In this document: piece by piece, positions 10,327 through 19,801 of the stretch
How positions within the stretch are numbered: the first letter of the stretch is position 1
Layout: each line of letters opens with the position of its first letter
Notes under the pieces: generated by a model
The model's database searches: none
What the model saw: the letters and a program-made list of their open reading frames with translations, nothing else
Told to the model about the DNA's origin: nothing
Position numbers and translations under genes: made by a program
DNA from: a virus
Virus record (IMG/VR): IMGVR_UViG_3300009085_000003
Coordinates: 15,570-79,569 of that record
Direction: 5' to 3' (one strand)
DNA: 64,000 nt

Positions 10327-11865
10327 TTACAGCTTGGTGGCGGTGCCGACGAGAATAATGCCGTCGGTCGCATTACCAGCCAAACCAGCTACAGCCAGAT
10401 TGTTTGCGGCAACGCCAGCAAAGGTATCTGGGAACGCAAGTCGGTGTGCATAGTCAAACACCGGCAGGTTCATCACGCGGGGCGCGGTCATTGTCCAGTC
10501 CGCACCGCCATTGAACGTGCCAAAGATACGTGCCGTGGGTGTCGCAGTTGAGTGCGAGAACCAGCCGACCTCAGCAGTTGGGAATATGATGTCATACAAG
10601 ACACCAGCTCCGCTACCAGAGAATGCGACTTCCACCCAGCTTTCGCCGCCATCAAGGGTGTAGTACAGATGCCCACCCGAGCCCAGCCAGAACCTCTTGG
10701 ATGTCAGGACACAAACAGCAGTGCCATCATCAGCGGAGGGGCTGGTGGTCGTGGTCGCCCAAGTCAAGCCACGGTTGATGCTCTTAATCACAACACCACC
10801 AACACCAAAGCACACAATGGTGTCGTTCTTGTCGCCATGGATGCGTGTCAGGTCAGCAGAGGTTGCTGAACCAGCGCTCTTAACTTCCACACCGGCGGTG
10901 ATATTGTCACTAAAGTAGACATAACCGTCCTCAGCCGAGAACCACACTTCGGTCGAGTTGGACACGAACATATCCAATGGTTTGTGGCTGCCATCAAAGC
11001 CACTGGAAACCTTGGTGAAGGTTCCCGGCACACCAGTGCTGGTGTTGATAGCTGCGTAGAAATACGCGCCGTTGGATGACAAAACAACCAGATAGTTACC
11101 GACGATATCGATAGCCAGAGGCTGGTCGCTGGCGCTTGTCCATCCAGCAATGTTGGCTTGGAACCAGTTTGCCCCACCATCCAGAGAATAGACAATCTCA
11201 GACGGCATACCGGGAGAACCGGAGCCACTGTCCTTGGTCACACCGTAGATGAGCTGCGTGCCATCGCTGACAATTCCGCACTCACCACAGGAGAACTTGC
11301 TGTGATAGACGATATCTATCACCTCAAGGTCAACCTGAGTTGTGGCACCCTCTCCAAACGAGATGGAGCCAACGGGGTAAATGTCGTCAAGTGTCAGGGA
11401 CAGGCTATCTTCCATGGCATCATCAGAATCCCAGCTTGTGCGGGAGCCGAGGTCTTTGCTGTCGACCAAGGCACCGCTGTAAATCAGAACGTAGTCTGAC
11501 CAGCCGTTGAGGAAATCGCTCAAGTCCTCGCAGTTTCCGGTGACTTCGTACAGATTGAAACGGCAACCCATGGTGAGCAGCTGACGCGGGATAGAGCCGT
11601 GCTTCTCGTGCATGAGCAGCGTGGCGCTTGCCAAATCCGGCGCGGAAATCTGGCGTGCTACCAGTTTGTAGCGCCCGACTTGACGTGGGTCATGAACCCA
11701 AATGGGGTCTGCTCCACCAGTCTCGGGCAGCGTGACACCCTCAATCGCCATATACTGGGCATTCTGTCCGGCATACTTGACTGGGTTAGCAGGGCTTGCA
11801 CCGTTGAACTGGATGAAGTTTCGCTTGTGTTTTTGAGTAATTAGCTCATCGGCATTAATGGTCAT
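10327..11865 (-). CDS. Major tail protein with C-terminal BNR/Asp-box beta-propeller
   Basis: Upstream of the chaperone; Asp-box repeats SLDGGANW, SINRGLTW, TLDGGESW, TFNGGADW; strong RBS. Confidence 0.65.
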   Translation of the reverse strand: MTINADELITQKHKRNFIQFNGASPANPVKYAGQNAQYMAIEGVTLPETGGADPIWVHDPRQVGRYKLVARQISAPDLASATLLMHEKHGSIPRQLLTMGCRFNLYEVTGNCEDLSDFLNGWSDYVLIYSGALVDSKDLGSRTSWDSDDAMEDSLSLTLDDIYPVGSISFGEGATTQVDLEVIDIVYHSKFSCGECGIVSDGTQLIYGVTKDSGSGSPGMPSEIVYSLDGGANWFQANIAGWTSASDQPLAIDIVGNYLVVLSSNGAYFYAAINTSTGVPGTFTKVSSGFDGSHKPLDMFVSNSTEVWFSAEDGYVYFSDNITAGVEVKSAGSATSADLTRIHGDKNDTIVCFGVGGVVIKSINRGLTWATTTTSPSADDGTAVCVLTSKRFWLGSGGHLYYTLDGGESWVEVAFSGSGAGVLYDIIFPTAEVGWFSHSTATPTARIFGTFNGGADWTMTAPRVMNLPVFDYAHRLAFPDTFAGVAANNLAVAGLAGNATDGIILVGTATKL

Positions 11866-11891
11866 ATCGATACTCCTTATATTAGTTATTT

Positions 11892-11976
11892 AAAAATACC
11901 GCGCACCCCTTGGGTACACGGTAGCCAATCTCCGAAACCCACTCAGATGCAGTGGTCTGGCAAAATCATTATAGCA
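11892..11976 (-). promoter_or_regulatory. Extended -10 promoter followed by leader terminator upstream of the major tail gene
   Basis: TGCTATAAT at 11976-11968; hairpin TACCGTGTACCC-AAG-GGGTGCGCGGTA then TTTTT (11923-11892). Confidence 0.55.
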
Positions 11977-11986
11977 CATAGGTACG

Positions 11987-12694
11987 CTAGTGATACTTAT
12001 TATCAATCGACTTGATGAACTCCACTATTGTGTCTGGTGTGTCATCCCGGTTGAACTCGACTCGCACAAAACGCGGGTCGTCCGGGGTCTCGCGTACCGC
12101 TTTCAGCTCCTCCATGCGTATCTCCAAGCTATTCGCTAAATCCCAGATTGCCAATTGGTTGTGTTGCTGCGCCAGCTTGATGGCTTTTTCGTAGTTGTGC
12201 TCAACCACGGAGACGTCAAGAAAGAACTTGCGGCTCTCCTTATCGTACCACCCGCCGATATGGGTCTGGTTGTTCTTTTTCAGCAAATCTTGATGCTTGT
12301 CGATAAAGTTGGCGACATCGTTCGGATTCGGACTCGTGGCATCGATGATAGTTTCGTAGTCTTTAAAGATTGACAGGGCATAGCCATCAGCTGGGCTACT
12401 GGCACTGCGTGGCTCAAACGTGAACCCGCCCTCAGTCAGCATCCGGTCGGTCAGGAACTTACCCATCTCAACTTTTTCCTCTGGAGCAAAATACCGCTCC
12501 TCTTGAACCTGTCGAGGCGCATCAGCACCCATGGATTCCGACTCGGCTTTACCAGAACCATCACCCTCGCCACTACCACCAATTTTGCCCGGACGCCCAG
12601 CGTGCCCAAAATTACCGGAGCCCTTGCCTCCTTTGGTAGTGACAAAAACAGACAGGATGTTTTCAATCGCAGTGAAATCATTTGGCTCGGTCAT
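11987..12694 (-). CDS. Tagged putative virion cargo protein (tag plus unknown domain)
   Basis: KGGKGSGNFGHAGRPGKIGGS at aa 21-41, then GGFT..GYALS..GGWYD..FLDVS..LAQQHNQLAIWD. Confidence 0.6.
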   Translation of the reverse strand: MTEPNDFTAIENILSVFVTTKGGKGSGNFGHAGRPGKIGGSGEGDGSGKAESESMGADAPRQVQEERYFAPEEKVEMGKFLTDRMLTEGGFTFEPRSASSPADGYALSIFKDYETIIDATSPNPNDVANFIDKHQDLLKKNNQTHIGGWYDKESRKFFLDVSVVEHNYEKAIKLAQQHNQLAIWDLANSLEIRMEELKAVRETPDDPRFVRVEFNRDDTPDTIVEFIKSIDNKYH

Positions 12695-13956
12695 GGGACA
12701 AATCCTTGTATCTTACGATTGATTTTAACCTCTTTCCACGTCATCACTTGCCCACGGCGTGTTCCCAGAGGGTTCATTAAGTCCTCCCGGCTGATAAGAC
12801 CATACGCCTCACCCGCGTTACCAGATGACTGGGCAAGGTCATATTGCCAGTAGGACAGGTTACGGTTTGCGATATCGCACGCGCAAATTCTCCGAGCCAT
12901 CTCAGCGGTAGCGAGTCGCGCCACCATGTTGGCATATCGCATGTCCATGCGGTCGTGGTCGGCGCGGGGCGCTCCAGCTTCGTAACGCACGAGCACCCGG
13001 TCTGGTGGTCTCCAGTTGTAGTAACAGCCACACCAGTCCACACCGACCCACTGACCAGACGTTGCGTTGTAAACCGACTGACCGATGCCGATGAGACCCG
13101 GCTCCGAGTCACGGATAACCGCACGCGCCAGCGCATACCCGACCGCAGCCGGGTCGTAGGAATTCGATGATGGATATGCCCAGCACGGATACGGGGTAGT
13201 TTCCCAGATTAAAACGCACTGGCAGTCATCCTCTGTGATTCCGGTATTATCAATATGGTAGTCGTAGATGTCCAAGTCGTCAGCAAAGTTCGTGGCGTCT
13301 GACGGGTCAATGGGAGCGGTTTGGTTTTCGTATAGGATGGGACGCACAATTAGCCGGATGTCTCCCTTGACGGTTACAGAACCACCCGCAATGCTTATCT
13401 TGACCGGGCGAACGCGCCAGCGGTCACTGATATCGTCCCCGGTGAAACGGTCGCCACTGTCGAAATAGACTCGAATATAATCCTCATTGGTGACCGTGGT
13501 CGCCAGTGTTATCGTGAAGGTATCGTTGAGACCATCTCCGTCCACGTCACTTAAAACCACCGCGGCACTGCCAATAAGTGTTTCGCTCTTGTATCCCAGA
13601 TGCTGTACCTTGCCCTCGGGGAGCTGCAAGGTGAGCCAGCGGTCATCGGCTGCGGAGTATCCCAAGCGCATCAAATCTTGCTGCGGATAACGTGGGAATT
13701 GTAGCGTGACCTCTTTATAGTGCGGGGCAGGAGCAAAACCGAGGAGTGGCATCAGCCTCTCCTCAGCTGAAATAATAGCCCGATTGATATCATCGCGCCC
13801 AGCAGCATCGGCTGTCAGCCAAGGGTACTGAAACACGATGTCGTTACACTGGCTGGACACCGGGAAGCGGGCGCTCGATGACAGCCCCCAGTAGTGCCAT
13901 GGGTGGTAACCAATTCTCTCGCGCCACTCCTCCAGTGATAACAGGGCTTCTGACAT
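12691..13956 (-). CDS. Head-tail connector / neck protein (putative)
   Basis: 421 aa between the capsid region and major tail gene; called by position. Confidence 0.5.
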   Translation of the reverse strand: MSEALLSLEEWRERIGYHPWHYWGLSSSARFPVSSQCNDIVFQYPWLTADAAGRDDINRAIISAEERLMPLLGFAPAPHYKEVTLQFPRYPQQDLMRLGYSAADDRWLTLQLPEGKVQHLGYKSETLIGSAAVVLSDVDGDGLNDTFTITLATTVTNEDYIRVYFDSGDRFTGDDISDRWRVRPVKISIAGGSVTVKGDIRLIVRPILYENQTAPIDPSDATNFADDLDIYDYHIDNTGITEDDCQCVLIWETTPYPCWAYPSSNSYDPAAVGYALARAVIRDSEPGLIGIGQSVYNATSGQWVGVDWCGCYYNWRPPDRVLVRYEAGAPRADHDRMDMRYANMVARLATAEMARRICACDIANRNLSYWQYDLAQSSGNAGEAYGLISREDLMNPLGTRRGQVMTWKEVKINRKIQGFVP

Positions 13957-13960
13957 ATTA

Positions 13961-14284
13961 TCAATCTCCTCGGCTGGATAGGAAAGCCATGATGTGATGC
14001 CACAGCAAGGTCATGCCAAACATCACCAGCCAGTACCAAACTGCCACGCCTATCGTACTATCGTATAAGACCATGGCGAAAATTGCGAACACGAGCGTGA
14101 ACCAGAACGAGATACAGAGCGGGCAGGTAAATCCCTCGGCAATCCACTCGTGCTTAGTGCGGAGGGAAAGTTCCCTGATTTGTTTGAACACCGCGAACGT
14201 CCCGGTTTCGTATGCGACCATGTATGCCAGCCGATAGGCTGCCAGTGACGAAAGCATCAGGAACGCAACGAGCGACGGTATCAT
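13961..14284 (-). CDS. DUF1360-like membrane protein
   Basis: LAAYRLAYMV...FTCPLCISFW signature with hydrophobic helices. Confidence 0.75.
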   Translation of the reverse strand: MIPSLVAFLMLSSLAAYRLAYMVAYETGTFAVFKQIRELSLRTKHEWIAEGFTCPLCISFWFTLVFAIFAMVLYDSTIGVAVWYWLVMFGMTLLWHHIMAFLSSRGD

Positions 14285-17161
14285 CTAGCCCCTTTTCTTG
14301 CTGCCAAGGAAACCATCCAAGAACGGTTTATCCGCCACTGGCGTCTCATTCACGGTGGAGACGCGGGGCTTCACAGACTCCGAACGCGCTTGCGCCTCGG
14401 CATGTAGCTCATCCTGCGACGCGGCTTTTTCGGGGTTGCGGGTCTTGGTTGCCTGAGTATTCACTGGCGGGTTGGCTCGCGCACCAATCACACGAAAGAC
14501 GCGCAACTTCTCCATGTCCGCCACATCGGTGGCAAGGACGTCGAGATAGCGACCCGACTGACTGGCGCCAGCACGATAAGTGTGCCCATTGACTTTGAAC
14601 GTCATGTTGCCTTGGGCGCTGCCAATATATTCCATGCGCACCTTGGCGGGCTCAATATTGACATTTTCAATCCGCTTGACGTTAATAGGCTGACCACCAC
14701 CACCAACACGTGGTGCTTGCTGAGATGCAATCACACGCTTGGCGGCAATAATTTGTTTTCCTGCTTTACTACCACAACCACTACAAGCCATCATCTTGTT
14801 TACTCCTTTATAGTAACCAGAATATTGTTTTGAAAGTCTCCCAAGAATCTCTTTGCCTCGAGTAGAGAGCTCTCCCTGCTTGGTCAGGGTTAACATGCGC
14901 CTGTGACCGGTATCAATGCGATAAATCATCAGGGGTTCTGGAACGTGCTGCCCACAGATACCATTGACCGCGCATCTCACAAAATATTCCCAGTCCTCCC
15001 AAGACTCATAGGTCTCGTCAAACTTCATGCGCTGAGCGCACTCCGTATACATGAGGACTGTGACAGCGTGCTGCAACTTCCAGTCCATTCTATTATAACT
15101 CTTTAAGCGTTCGATTGAGTCACCGGACTTTTGCCGCAGGATATAGTCTGAGTACACATATGAGATTTCATCGTCGCTGCGTGCCAGAGCGCCCAGTAAC
15201 ACATCCAGTGCGTTATTGGTTAGCATATCATCACAATCTAAAAACATGAGGGTCGGTGCTATGGCGGCATCGATACCGAGATTCCGTGCAATCCCAGCCC
15301 CATGCTTTCCCATGTTCGGCACCACGCGGGCGAACGGGTACGGAGACATAATGTCGCCGGTGATTTCACTCTTGTCGTCCTCAATCGTATCATCTACGAT
15401 TATCAATTCCCACTCACGGCACGACTGGGCAACGACGCTCTCAATGACCTCTGGCAGATACCGGGCATGTCCCTTGCCTACCGGGACAACGACACTGACC
15501 AGCGGAAATAGATATGAGTAGATAGCATCAGGGCGGCGCAACAGGGGGGCGCCCATAGGGTATACCCTGTCCCTCATCCATGGCAAATCCTCATCGATAG
15601 TACGGTAAGGCTTCGTGACGTGGGCACCAGCATCATGTAGGCGGTATCGAAACAGCGGGGTTGTCGATACCCGGCGAGCGGTGAAACCAACCGACAGCCC
15701 ACGTGTCCAGAATTCCGCATCCTCTCCGGGTGCAAACTTTTGCTTATGCCAACCAGCTCGGCGCCACATCTCCTTGCGGAACATGGCTGCGCTCGGTATG
15801 CAGTTGGCGGGCGGGTTGGTGAGGCTGCTCTGTATATCCCAGCTGAATTCCGGCGGAAACTGGGATGACCCCAAGGTTTTACCCTTGGCGTCTATCAGGG
15901 TCAAACCGGCATAGGCGATGCCCAAAGAACGGTCTTGCTCCATGGCGCCCGACAGCAAGCCCACATATCCGGCTGCCAGTTCATCGTCAGCGTCAAGACA
16001 TATTATCAATGGGTACCGAGCTGCTTGAATGCCAGTAGTGCGTGCCGCCGCCACGCCCTGATTCGCCTGTGTGATGATTTTGACCAGCGGGTTTGACCCA
16101 TAGCGCTCACGAATCAACTGGACACTGTTATCTTTTGACCCATCATCCACCACAATTATCTCGTCGGGCTTCTGGGTTTGTTTCAGTGCACTATCGATGG
16201 CGCCCATCACCCACTTGCTATAGTTGTAATTCGTGATAACCACGCTCACGCCATGGGTATCTTTTTCATTCTGGAGCTCATGGGCAATGCCCTCGTACAA
16301 CTTGGCGTATTGCGCCATGATATTCGACCAGTCGTACTGGGCTGCTTTTTCGCGTGCCCGGTCAGACATCTCAGCGCGGTGCGCCTGTATGTATTCGTAT
16401 CCAGCCGCCAGACCCTCGATATCTCCGGGGGCAACAAGGTAACCATCCACCTTGTGGGTCACGATATCAGCTGTGCCGCCCCAGTTGTACCCGAGAACTG
16501 GCACGCCACACATCATTGCCTCCAGTGTACCAACACCAAAGGTCTCAATGGTTGTTGCCAGATAGATGTTTGCTGAGCCAACCAGTACCATCATGTCAGC
16601 ATGACTCATGGTGCCCACTACCCGTAACTTGTCCAGTGCAGGCTTATTCGGTACCGCGAACGTAGATACAATGTCGATACCCTTGGCAGCCAGCTCCCAA
16701 GCCGGTGTAGGGTCACATACGTCACCGACCCGGTTCTTGTTCCAGAGAGCATAGTTCACCGGCTGGTCGTGTCTGGCATCTGTCAAGTCGATACCGTGTC
16801 CAATCACTACTGGGCTGATACGCATATCGCGTTTGAACGGCATCGCTACCCACTGGCTGGGAACGGTTATTTTCAATGCCTTACGGCTGCTGTCTACAAT
16901 CTCGTGGTTGACAGCACTGTGCCAGCTGACATAGGACATATGGGGGAGGTCGGCGAAATAGAGACCATGGCTGTGGAGAACGTCAACACGCTTCTCACCC
17001 CCACGCGCGGCAATATGCACAGCCACTACATCAGCGTTTTTCCAATCGTTCGTAATCTCTATCCCATATCGGGGCAGGTATTTATGCTGGGCATGAACCA
17101 CGCGTCCAATGCCATTGTCATCAGATGCATTATTAGGATTCAGGTTTAGGAATAGTTTCAC
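14285..17161 (-). CDS. Multi-domain glycosyltransferase (GT4 + GT2 + GT2 + CxxC-containing tail)
   Basis: ETFGVGTLEAMMCGVPV (GT4); VSVVITNYN..VVDDGS..LDADD and VSVVVPV..IVDD..LDCDD (two GT2). Confidence 0.9.
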   Translation of the reverse strand: MKLFLNLNPNNASDDNGIGRVVHAQHKYLPRYGIEITNDWKNADVVAVHIAARGGEKRVDVLHSHGLYFADLPHMSYVSWHSAVNHEIVDSSRKALKITVPSQWVAMPFKRDMRISPVVIGHGIDLTDARHDQPVNYALWNKNRVGDVCDPTPAWELAAKGIDIVSTFAVPNKPALDKLRVVGTMSHADMMVLVGSANIYLATTIETFGVGTLEAMMCGVPVLGYNWGGTADIVTHKVDGYLVAPGDIEGLAAGYEYIQAHRAEMSDRAREKAAQYDWSNIMAQYAKLYEGIAHELQNEKDTHGVSVVITNYNYSKWVMGAIDSALKQTQKPDEIIVVDDGSKDNSVQLIRERYGSNPLVKIITQANQGVAAARTTGIQAARYPLIICLDADDELAAGYVGLLSGAMEQDRSLGIAYAGLTLIDAKGKTLGSSQFPPEFSWDIQSSLTNPPANCIPSAAMFRKEMWRRAGWHKQKFAPGEDAEFWTRGLSVGFTARRVSTTPLFRYRLHDAGAHVTKPYRTIDEDLPWMRDRVYPMGAPLLRRPDAIYSYLFPLVSVVVPVGKGHARYLPEVIESVVAQSCREWELIIVDDTIEDDKSEITGDIMSPYPFARVVPNMGKHGAGIARNLGIDAAIAPTLMFLDCDDMLTNNALDVLLGALARSDDEISYVYSDYILRQKSGDSIERLKSYNRMDWKLQHAVTVLMYTECAQRMKFDETYESWEDWEYFVRCAVNGICGQHVPEPLMIYRIDTGHRRMLTLTKQGELSTRGKEILGRLSKQYSGYYKGVNKMMACSGCGSKAGKQIIAAKRVIASQQAPRVGGGGQPINVKRIENVNIEPAKVRMEYIGSAQGNMTFKVNGHTYRAGASQSGRYLDVLATDVADMEKLRVFRVIGARANPPVNTQATKTRNPEKAASQDELHAEAQARSESVKPRVSTVNETPVADKPFLDGFLGSKKRG

Positions 17162-17796
17162 AAAGTCCTCGTTTTGATATAGCCCAGAACTTGGTTGTAG
17201 GTTTCAACCAAATCCCAGTCATAGGCATCGTTGTCGATATCGATAAACACACCGGTCTTATCGTATTGGTGGATATCCAGAGGCATACCGCAAAACGAGC
17301 GATACAGTGACCAGAGTCGATACGGAGTTTTATGGGCTAGGTGGCTATGGACTGCGAAATCAAGCGCTCCACGAACGTGAATCATATCGTGTATGACCAA
17401 GGCATATATTTCGCCCTTGGGCTTAGAGCCAATCACAGCGAGACCGTTGGTGTTGTCCTGTGCCCCAGCCGATACTATCACATCCCACGCCTCGCTGGTA
17501 TAAACACAATCACTTAACAACACCAGCACCGGGGATGCCGTCACGAGCCTTATGGCATCCTGTAAGCTCTCAATAATGGTGTTACTTGGGCGCAGGACAA
17601 ACTTTGCCCGAGCAACGTCGATGATATCCTTTTTGCCGGTCACCAGATACGGCTCCAGAGTCAGCCGCCTGCGGCACTGCCCCATGATGAGGCTGACTGC
17701 CGGGGTGCCATTGATGGGAGCGAGCTCTTTGGGGGACGGAGCCGTCCACCTCTCGCCCTGTCCGCCAGCCATTAGGAAAACAGTCTGTATGCTCAT
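17158..17796 (-). CDS. Sugar nucleotidyltransferase (NTP_transferase-like)
   Basis: LMAGGQGERW..PKELAPING motif; AAGGAG RBS. Confidence 0.75.
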   Translation of the reverse strand: MSIQTVFLMAGGQGERWTAPSPKELAPINGTPAVSLIMGQCRRRLTLEPYLVTGKKDIIDVARAKFVLRPSNTIIESLQDAIRLVTASPVLVLLSDCVYTSEAWDVIVSAGAQDNTNGLAVIGSKPKGEIYALVIHDMIHVRGALDFAVHSHLAHKTPYRLWSLYRSFCGMPLDIHQYDKTGVFIDIDNDAYDWDLVETYNQVLGYIKTRTL

Positions 17797-17820
17797 TGTG
17801 TGCTCCTTAATTATTATCAA

Positions 17821-18552
17821 TCAGGAATTATTACCCAGACATCCTGCGCGGCGCAGCTCCTCGTAGTCATCCTCGCTGAGCTGCCTTGCTGGGTGCATCC
17901 AGTCTCCCTCTTTAACGAATTGTCCGCCGCGTACCATAATCTGGTAACACAGCGCCCATTGTGCCTGACCATACACTCCCAGCTCTGGCATAGACGCAAG
18001 GCGGTTGGTTCCTTGGAGCTCTATCTCCCATGGTGACATGCCCGGCGTCAAGATTCGCTTAAAGCTCTCGACATTCCAGATACTGGCTTGCAGGCTGACC
18101 TGATACGGGGTGTGGTAGGAACGGAATATGTCGACATCACCACGATGGGTAATCATATTGATTTTGCCGCAGTTTAATCTATCCGTGGTGAGGTCGAAGC
18201 GCAGCGCGTGGGGGTGCTCAGTCATCCAGACCTGCCCGGCGATAAGAGCCTGATAGCTGACCTGCCTGACCAGCCAGTAATCCTCGAGCATCACCAGCAG
18301 CAGCGGGTCGTTGGTATATTTCATCACCTTTAACAAAGCGTCCGACCACTTGTTTGCTGGGTAGTCGGACATTGCCCCGATGGAATAGAATTCGTAACGT
18401 TTTTCGTTTATCGGGAAATCTGGTTTGGTGAAGCCTGCCAGTAAGACTGGGTTGGCTGTGATGGTGTGGTCTGATGCATACTTATCCCACTGGTGCATAA
18501 AACCCTGCAAGAGCCAATTGTGTTTGTCGGATGTCATTACAACGATTCGCAT
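17821..18552 (-). CDS. Glycosyltransferase-like protein (GT-A fold, putative)
   Basis: LLLVMLEDYWL acidic motif, YQVSLQASIW..SPWEIE; context next to other sugar enzymes. Confidence 0.55.
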   Translation of the reverse strand: MRIVVMTSDKHNWLLQGFMHQWDKYASDHTITANPVLLAGFTKPDFPINEKRYEFYSIGAMSDYPANKWSDALLKVMKYTNDPLLLVMLEDYWLVRQVSYQALIAGQVWMTEHPHALRFDLTTDRLNCGKINMITHRGDVDIFRSYHTPYQVSLQASIWNVESFKRILTPGMSPWEIELQGTNRLASMPELGVYGQAQWALCYQIMVRGGQFVKEGDWMHPARQLSEDDYEELRRAGCLGNNS

Positions 18553-18634
18553 GTTATCTCTTGTCCCACTCGATTATAGTATATTATCAATCGAAAGGCA
18601 AGCAGGAAAATCGGGGAATCTGACCCGATTTAAC

Positions 18635-18663
18635 TTGACAAACTATCTGTAATGTGCTACAAT
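18635..18663 (+). promoter_or_regulatory. Strong sigma70-type promoter of the inverted island
   Basis: TTGACA-17-TACAAT with TGn extension; AAGGAG RBS and ATG 18687 downstream. Confidence 0.85.
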
Positions 18664-18686
18664 GTACTTAGATAAGGAGCTAAACG

Positions 18687-18947
18687 ATGAACCAATCAGA
18701 GATTATCCAGATGAATCGCACGGCAGCCGAAATCTACGTCGCCAGTGGTCTCAACCCAGAGGTCAAAAAGGCTGTCCGCCAGATGGTCGCCAATCAGGTC
18801 GACATTCATAACATGAATTGCAGTATCCGCTGTGGCGACAAGGAAATTCCGCACGCCAGTGTCGACAAACACTTTCGCATCGTGGTCGCTGAAATCATGA
18901 CACGCAATTACGAGGCTGCAAAGTGCAAGGTTCGGGAGCAATCATAA
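18687..18947 (+). CDS. Hypothetical protein (island gene 1)
   Basis: Promoter and RBS; 86 aa. Confidence 0.75.
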   Translation: MNQSEIIQMNRTAAEIYVASGLNPEVKKAVRQMVANQVDIHNMNCSIRCGDKEIPHASVDKHFRIVVAEIMTRNYEAAKCKVREQS

Positions 18948-19147
18948 TGATGAAGATAACCGAGGCTCGTGCGCTGGCAAAGAAAAAGTGGGGCTCCCTT
19001 GGCTTCGCCGCCAAGACCCGATATGGTGGCGCCTGCTACACCGTTGGCAAGTGGGTCGTGATTGGCAAACAGCTTCACAAGGAATACTATGGGCAGGGAA
19101 CCTCTTGGGAACACGCCTTTGAGCGAGCCGCCCAAAAGGGATACTAG
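18947..19147 (+). CDS. Hypothetical protein (island gene 2)
   Basis: TAATG overlap with gene 1. Confidence 0.65.
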   Translation: MMKITEARALAKKKWGSLGFAAKTRYGGACYTVGKWVVIGKQLHKEYYGQGTSWEHAFERAAQKGY

Positions 19148-19164
19148 AGAGAGGATGGTAGACA

Positions 19165-19500
19165 ATGAATGAGCAGCGTTTTTGGATAACTCAAGGTAAG
19201 GGCTTTCAGATGAAGTTTGACAACGGCTATATGGTGTCGGTACAGTGGGGCAGCATGAATTACTGCGATAACCGTACCTTTGGCACTGACATTGTTCCGC
19301 CAGATGGCGAGGCTGCCAGAGGCGCCATGGGTTCCAACACTGCTGAGGTCGCTATCATCAACCCCAGCAAGCAGTACGTTGGATTCAAGGTGACCGCACG
19401 TGGCATCCGGCGCAGTAACAACCCGTCGTACCGTGTCGGCAGCTACATGGATGCCAACGAGGTCGCCCGAGTCATCGCTTGGGTGGCTCGCATCAAGTAA
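19165..19500 (+). CDS. Hypothetical protein (island gene 3)
   Basis: GAGGA RBS; GFQMKFDNGYMVSVQWG..AEVAII phage-type motif. Confidence 0.75.
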   Translation: MNEQRFWITQGKGFQMKFDNGYMVSVQWGSMNYCDNRTFGTDIVPPDGEAARGAMGSNTAEVAIINPSKQYVGFKVTARGIRRSNNPSYRVGSYMDANEVARVIAWVARIK

Positions 19501-19514
19501 TCTAGGAGGAACGT

Positions 19515-19712
19515 ATGTTCTATAAAATCACTTGGCAAGATAATAGTGGAACATTCCACACCGACTATTTTGTGAGCCCACACACAGTCTGGGCTCACGA
19601 TGGCGGGTACCGGGAATGCAGCTTTGTGCATGTTTCCAACGACCCAGAGACAGCCCTGCGCAAGTTTCTCAAGGCGCTGCCTCTGAGAAACGTGAACATC
19701 GTCTGCCGGTAG
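19515..19712 (+). CDS. Hypothetical protein (island gene 4)
   Basis: AGGAGG RBS. Confidence 0.7.
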   Translation: MFYKITWQDNSGTFHTDYFVSPHTVWAHDGGYRECSFVHVSNDPETALRKFLKALPLRNVNIVCR

Positions 19713-19722
19713 TACAGCAATT

Positions 19723-19761
19723 AAAATATCCCCCCGGAGTTTCCTCCGGGGGGTTTGCTTT
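19723..19761. terminator. Bidirectional intrinsic terminator between the island and the capsid gene
   Basis: CCCCCCGGAG-TTTC-CTCCGGGGGG flanked by A and T tracts. Confidence 0.85.
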
Positions 19762-19801
19762 CATCCGCTATTTAGGCTAAGCGGATTCAATCCGCTTATC
19801 T

